Origin: an uncultured Actinomycetota bacterium
Lineage (GTDB): Bacteria; Actinomycetota; Nitriliruptoria; Nitriliruptorales; Nitriliruptoraceae
Direction: 5' to 3'
Assembly: GCA_964505365.1 (NCBI GenBank)
Contig: CAZDIF010000001.1
Location: 6,056-42,783 of the forward strand
DNA length: 36,728 nt
Shown here: in pieces, positions 33,297-36,728 of the stretch
How the letters are laid out: each line of letters begins with the position of its first letter
Numbering within the stretch: position 1 is the stretch's first letter
The notes under the pieces: generated by a model
What the model saw: only the letters and a program-made list of their open reading frames with translations
What the model was told of the DNA's origin: nothing
The model's database searches: none
Translations under genes and position numbers: made by a program

Positions 33297-34888
33297 GCGG
33301 TGGTGTCCTCCCGATCGTGGGTGTTGCCCGTCTGGAAGCGCGAGATCCCGGCTCGCCGACCGGCGGCGCCCATGACGTGGCGAAGGATGAATCGGTCGTC
33401 GGGGTCCAGTCCGAGCAGGACGAGCACGCCGAGGTACGTCGTCCCCATGACCACGACGTCCGCCAGTGCGCTGGCGACGTGTACCTCGCTCCACAACCCG
33501 CCCAACGCCCGGCTTGCCACGGCGGCGGCAGCAGCGGCAGCGAGCGGCTTGAGGTAGCCGAGGTCGAAGGGTTGGAGACGTTCGAGCCACCAGACCTGGA
33601 CGACGGCCAGGACGTTCACCGTCGTCGTGGCGGCCAGCGTTGCGAAGGCGGCCCCAAGGAGTCCGTACCGGGGGATCAGGAGCACGTCCCCGCCGATCAG
33701 GATGACGGTGAACAGCACGGAGTGCAGCAATTTCAGGCCGGATCGCCCCGTCATGTCGATCATCGAACGGCAGATGCCCGTGCCGGCATTCACGAGTTCG
33801 GCCAGCACGAGCACCGTCATCGCCGTCGCACCGACCTGGAACGCGGTGCCGAATATGCCCAGGATCGGCTCCGCAAGCGTCGCCACGACGACGAAGAACG
33901 GCAGGTACAGCGTCAACGTCCAGCGGGTCGCGCTCCGGTAGAGGTTGCCCAGTCCCTCGCGGTCGCCCTGGTCGTGCATCCTCGCCAGCACGGGCTTCAC
34001 CGCAACGAAGATCGACTGCAGTACGACCTGCCCGACGACCGTGACCCGTTCGAGGATGGCGTACACACCGACGCCCGCCACGTTCAACGTGACACCGAGC
34101 ACGATGCTCTGGATGCGGCCTCGGCCCTGTCGGAGGATCCCGGAGAGCCACAGCGGCATGGCGAAGCCGAAGACCGGTCGCACGTCACGCCGCACCGGGC
34201 CCCTGGCCACATCGCCGACCTCGACTGCCTGGCGGTGCAGCATGACGAGGAAGGTCGCGGACGCGGCCACATCTGACAACCCGTAGATGATCACGGCCAA
34301 CATGACGTCGACCTGTCCCACGAGCGCAAGGAGCGCGAGGAGGCCAAGGCGCACGAGTGACTGGACGACATTCTCGCTCACGGCGGGGATGTCCATCCGC
34401 TCGAAGCCCCGTGCGACGCCCTGGAGCATGTTGCTGAGCGTCAGGAAGGGGATCAGCAGCGCCATCACGCGGAGCAGCGTTGCGAGCTCGGGCTCCTCGA
34501 ACAGGCCTGTCGCGATGGGATCGGCCAAGAGGTAGCCGGCTACGCCCATGACGACGGCGCCGAGCAGGCTCAGCCCGATCCCGATCTGCAGGGTTCCCAG
34601 CAGTCCCGGCCGGTCCCGACGCGTCGCGAGTATCGAGACGTACCGCACCATGGCATCGTCAAGGCCCATGGCCGCGACGCTCGCGAAGAGGGCACCTGTA
34701 CCGAGGGCGAGCACGTAGAGCCCGTAGTCCCCGGGGCTCAGTAGCCGAGCCAGCAGCAGCGCGACGAAGAAGCGGGTGAAGTACTCGAACGCCTTGCCGC
34801 CAGCGATGAAGCCACCACCGCGGACGACGTTCAGGGCTTCATGACGCCGCTTGTCGCTCTCGACCGACGGCGCGGTGGTCGATGTCAT
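33293..34888 (-). CDS. Wzx-type flippase (MOP superfamily polysaccharide biosynthesis protein)
   Basis: 531 aa with about 12-14 hydrophobic helices. The N-terminal block GGGFIAGGKAFEYFTRFFVALLLARLLSPGDYGLYVLAL is typical of Polysacc_synt/Wzx proteins. RBS GAAGGG lies upstream of ATG 34888. Confidence 0.85.
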   Translation of the reverse strand: MTSTTAPSVESDKRRHEALNVVRGGGFIAGGKAFEYFTRFFVALLLARLLSPGDYGLYVLALGTGALFASVAAMGLDDAMVRYVSILATRRDRPGLLGTLQIGIGLSLLGAVVMGVAGYLLADPIATGLFEEPELATLLRVMALLIPFLTLSNMLQGVARGFERMDIPAVSENVVQSLVRLGLLALLALVGQVDVMLAVIIYGLSDVAASATFLVMLHRQAVEVGDVARGPVRRDVRPVFGFAMPLWLSGILRQGRGRIQSIVLGVTLNVAGVGVYAILERVTVVGQVVLQSIFVAVKPVLARMHDQGDREGLGNLYRSATRWTLTLYLPFFVVVATLAEPILGIFGTAFQVGATAMTVLVLAELVNAGTGICRSMIDMTGRSGLKLLHSVLFTVILIGGDVLLIPRYGLLGAAFATLAATTTVNVLAVVQVWWLERLQPFDLGYLKPLAAAAAAAVASRALGGLWSEVHVASALADVVVMGTTYLGVLVLLGLDPDDRFILRHVMGAAGRRAGISRFQTGNTHDREDTTA

Positions 34889-34974
34889 ACCCGCCCTTCA
34901 GCGACTCCGCGTCCTGGGCCCGGGCCAGACTCCGCGAGGCCGCAACCCTTTGCGCCCCAATGACCGATACGCCA

Positions 34975-34987
34975 ACACGCTACGAAC
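34975..34987 (-). promoter_or_regulatory. Conserved 13-nt leader motif GTTCGTAGCGTGT (ops-like), copy 2
   Basis: Identical to 29217..29229. It lies 86 nt upstream of the wzx ATG. The partner box TTCGTCGTA (35037..35029) lies 54 nt further upstream, so the spacing matches copy 1 to within 1 nt. Confidence 0.45.
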
Positions 34988-35091
34988 TCGACCGTGGTCC
35001 CAGATCCTCAAGACGCCGTAGGACGGTCTACGACGAACGGTCCACCGATTGCGGCGCGCCGGGCGGCATCACCGGCGACATCGAGCACGCA

Positions 35092-35133
35092 CAGCAGCAG
35101 CCCGCGCCCTGGCCGGGGCGCGGGCTGCTGCTG
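35092..35133 (-). terminator. GC-rich hairpin (17-bp perfect stem, 8-nt loop) downstream of the lyase gene; probable intrinsic terminator without a U-tract
   Basis: CAGCAGCAGCCCGCGCC (35092..35108) pairs perfectly with GGCGCGGGCTGCTGCTG (35117..35133). It sits about 35 nt beyond the lyase stop (35169..35171) and isolates that gene from the wzx promoter region. No T/U run follows on either strand. Confidence 0.5.
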
Positions 35134-35168
35134 CGACGTGGTACCGCGGGAAACGGGCCGATCCGCCC

Positions 35169-36728
35169 TCAGATCGGGTCGCCGGCAAGCTCGTTCAGGA
35201 AGTTCTCCACCCACGTGTACCCATTGGGGGCGACGGCGCTGCCGTCACTGCCCGAGGACGGGTCCAGGCCATGGGTGGACTCCCACCGGTCATCCATGCC
35301 GTCGCCGTCCGTGTCGGGGTACGGGGTGCCAGGGGCCAGCTCCGGCCAGCCACCGACGTCGCTCGGATCGTCGATGATCGACCCCGACCGTGTGGTGACC
35401 GTGTTGACGGTGTAGGCGTCCACCCGGTCACGCACCGGACGTGTCGCCCCGGCGCGATTCAGCACCTCGGAGTAGGCCGTGGTGGCCGACGTCGTGGTGA
35501 TGTGGGGCCACGAGAAGGTCGGCGCATCGACCATCCACTCGTGGTCGCCGGCGTACATCAGCAGCGACTGGTCGCCGTCACCGTCCGGCTGGTTCGGCCC
35601 CACGTTCCCGTCGAGGTAGAGCTCGAACCCCGGGGTCGGACTGAGCTCGTCCTCCACGTAGATCTCCTTGACGCCGCCACTGTCGGGGCCACGCGAGAGG
35701 TGATTGCCGATGAAGGCCGCCTTGAAGGTCACCCCCGAGTCGTCGCCTCCGTGGATGGCCGCTTCGTCCCAGTTGTAGATGACGTTGTTGACCAGCACGT
35801 CCCGCCCGGCGTTGGTGAGTTTGGGGTTGCGACGGGTGTTGTGGGCGAACAGGTTGTGATGGAGGCTGATGCTGTGGTGCTCTGACGGATCGAAGTCGCG
35901 CGCCCACGACCCGAAGTGCGCGCCACGGGAGTGCGGGCCCTCGTGGTGGGTGGAGTCGTGGAGGGCCTGGGCGATGATCGACCACTGCACGGTGAAGTTC
36001 TGGGCACCGTTGCCTGAGGAGATGTTCTCGTCCACCCCCCACGACAGGGACACGTGGTCGAGCACCACGTCACGTGCGCCGTGGAGGATCGTGACCGCTC
36101 CCGAGCAGCAGGTCGGGGAGCTGGTCGGACCAGGGCGGACACGCAGGTGCCGGATCACGACGTCGTGGGTGGCGATCCGTAGGGCTTCGCTGAGGTTGTC
36201 CGGGTGATTGCGGATCTGGACTCCGTCACCGGGTGCGGTCTGACCGGCGACCGTGACGTACGGATCCTCGACCTTGATGGTGCTTTGGAGCGCGATGGTC
36301 CCGGCGACGCGGAAGACGACGATGCGCGGCCCGGACGCCTCCAGCGCCGCCCGTAGGCTCCCGGGTCCGGAGTCGCTCAGCGTGGTCACCGGGATCACCT
36401 GGCCCCCCCGGCCGCCCAGCGCATCCTGCCCGAACCCCTGGGCCGTGGGGAACGCCTTGACCACTGCCGGCTCCGTCGTGTCCGTCGGCTCCTCGGTCGG
36501 TTCCGCCGTGTCCGTCGGCTCCTCGGTGGGTTCCGTCGTGTCCGTCGGCTCCTCGGTGGGTTCCGTCGTGTCCGTCGGCTCCTCGGTGGGTTCCGTCGCG
36601 TCCGTCGGTTCCTCGGTCGGGTCGGTCGCCTCCGTCGGCTCCTCGGTGGGCTCGACTGCATCGCTCGGGTCTCCCGGGCATCCCTTGACGGGGTGGCACT
36701 TCTCACCGCTCTCGTTGGTGTGCTTGCC
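35169..36728 (-). CDS. Secreted PL1-family pectate-lyase-like polysaccharide lyase with an N-terminal Thr/Glu/Pro-rich repeat linker (N-terminus beyond the window end)
   Basis: FPTAQGFGQDALGGRGGQVIPVTTLSDSGPGSLRAAL, VVLDHVSLSWG, LFAHNTRRNPKL...VLVNNVIYNW and the C-terminal DTDGDGMDDRWESTHGLDP...NGYTWVENFLNEL match the PL1 right-handed beta-helix lyase pattern. The frame stays open upstream of the listed GTG 36464 to nt 36728, through the (TDTTEPTEEP)n repeat. Confidence 0.8.
   Translation of the reverse strand, partial: GKHTNESGEKCHPVKGCPGDPSDAVEPTEEPTEATDPTEEPTDATEPTEEPTDTTEPTEEPTDTTEPTEEPTDTAEPTEEPTDTTEPAVVKAFPTAQGFGQDALGGRGGQVIPVTTLSDSGPGSLRAALEASGPRIVVFRVAGTIALQSTIKVEDPYVTVAGQTAPGDGVQIRNHPDNLSEALRIATHDVVIRHLRVRPGPTSSPTCCSGAVTILHGARDVVLDHVSLSWGVDENISSGNGAQNFTVQWSIIAQALHDSTHHEGPHSRGAHFGSWARDFDPSEHHSISLHHNLFAHNTRRNPKLTNAGRDVLVNNVIYNWDEAAIHGGDDSGVTFKAAFIGNHLSRGPDSGGVKEIYVEDELSPTPGFELYLDGNVGPNQPDGDGDQSLLMYAGDHEWMVDAPTFSWPHITTTSATTAYSEVLNRAGATRPVRDRVDAYTVNTVTTRSGSIIDDPSDVGGWPELAPGTPYPDTDGDGMDDRWESTHGLDPSSGSDGSAVAPNGYTWVENFLNELAGDPI
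36481..36660 (-). repeat. Six tandem 30-bp repeats, in frame, encoding (EPTEEPTDTT)n
   Basis: Units start at 36481, 36511, 36541, 36571, 36601 and 36631 (tccgtcggctcctcggtgggttccgtcgtg). The units starting at 36511 and 36541 are identical to each other, and the outer units are progressively degenerate. Confidence 0.9.

Noticed and set aside
36481-36660. Regular 30-bp repeats that could be mistaken for a CRISPR array
   Set aside because: The repeats are directly tandem with no spacers, are a multiple of 3 in length, and are in frame with the downstream lyase domain, where they encode a TEP-rich linker. There are no cas genes.
1-36728. Mobile elements, integrases, tRNA/rRNA genes, toxin-antitoxin or phage-defence modules
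   Set aside because: No transposase or integrase-like translations, terminal inverted repeats or tRNA-like cloverleaf candidates were noticed. The nucleotidyltransferase and P-loop genes are translationally coupled into the glycan operon rather than forming a stand-alone cassette. I therefore did not call them a defence or TA system.

Overview
This is a high-G+C window with actinobacterial-style coding: strong third-position G/C bias, many GTG/TTG starts, and long antisense shadow ORFs. G+C was judged by eye, not computed. Almost the whole window (about 2.3-35.0 kb) is one large Wzx/Wzy-dependent surface-polysaccharide locus. It is flanked by two secreted proteins truncated at the window edges: an Ig-repeat/beta-propeller protein at 1..2329(-) and a PL1 pectate-lyase-like enzyme at 35169..36728(-). 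The locus has four transcription blocks. (i) A plus operon at 2.6-11.8 kb encodes the priming sugar transferase, a Gfo/Idh/MocA oxidoreductase, a Wzz-like co-polymerase, sulfotransferase 1, the Wzy polymerase, two glycosyltransferases and a GDP-mannose-6-dehydrogenase-like enzyme. (ii) A 17-gene minus operon runs from 29110 down to 11816, and most of its junctions are start/stop overlaps. It encodes a nucleotidyltransferase-kinase fusion, a P-loop protein, a GT4, three sulfotransferases, an LbH acetyltransferase, a DegT aminotransferase, a divergent APS-kinase-like protein, a CE4 deacetylase, a GT4, a D-2-hydroxyacid dehydrogenase, PEP phosphomutase, a SAM methyltransferase, a dTMP-kinase-like protein, an ATP-grasp ligase and a FemAB-like transferase. 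(iii) A lone plus-strand APH-family kinase. (iv) A minus operon from 34888 down to 30545 encodes the Wzx flippase plus three more sulfotransferases. The main point of interest is the combination of chemistries encoded in one glycan cluster. There are seven sulfotransferase paralogues. A bona fide PEP mutase is coupled to a dehydrogenase rather than to a phosphonopyruvate decarboxylase. There are five kinase-like proteins and an ATP-grasp/FemAB/deacetylase set. This predicts a sulfated, phosphonate-bearing, uronic-acid and amino-sugar polysaccharide made by a route that, as far as I can judge, is undescribed. A 13-nt motif shared exactly by the two minus-operon leaders resembles the ops/JUMPStart antitermination element. 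I found no rRNA, tRNA, CRISPR array or mobile element.
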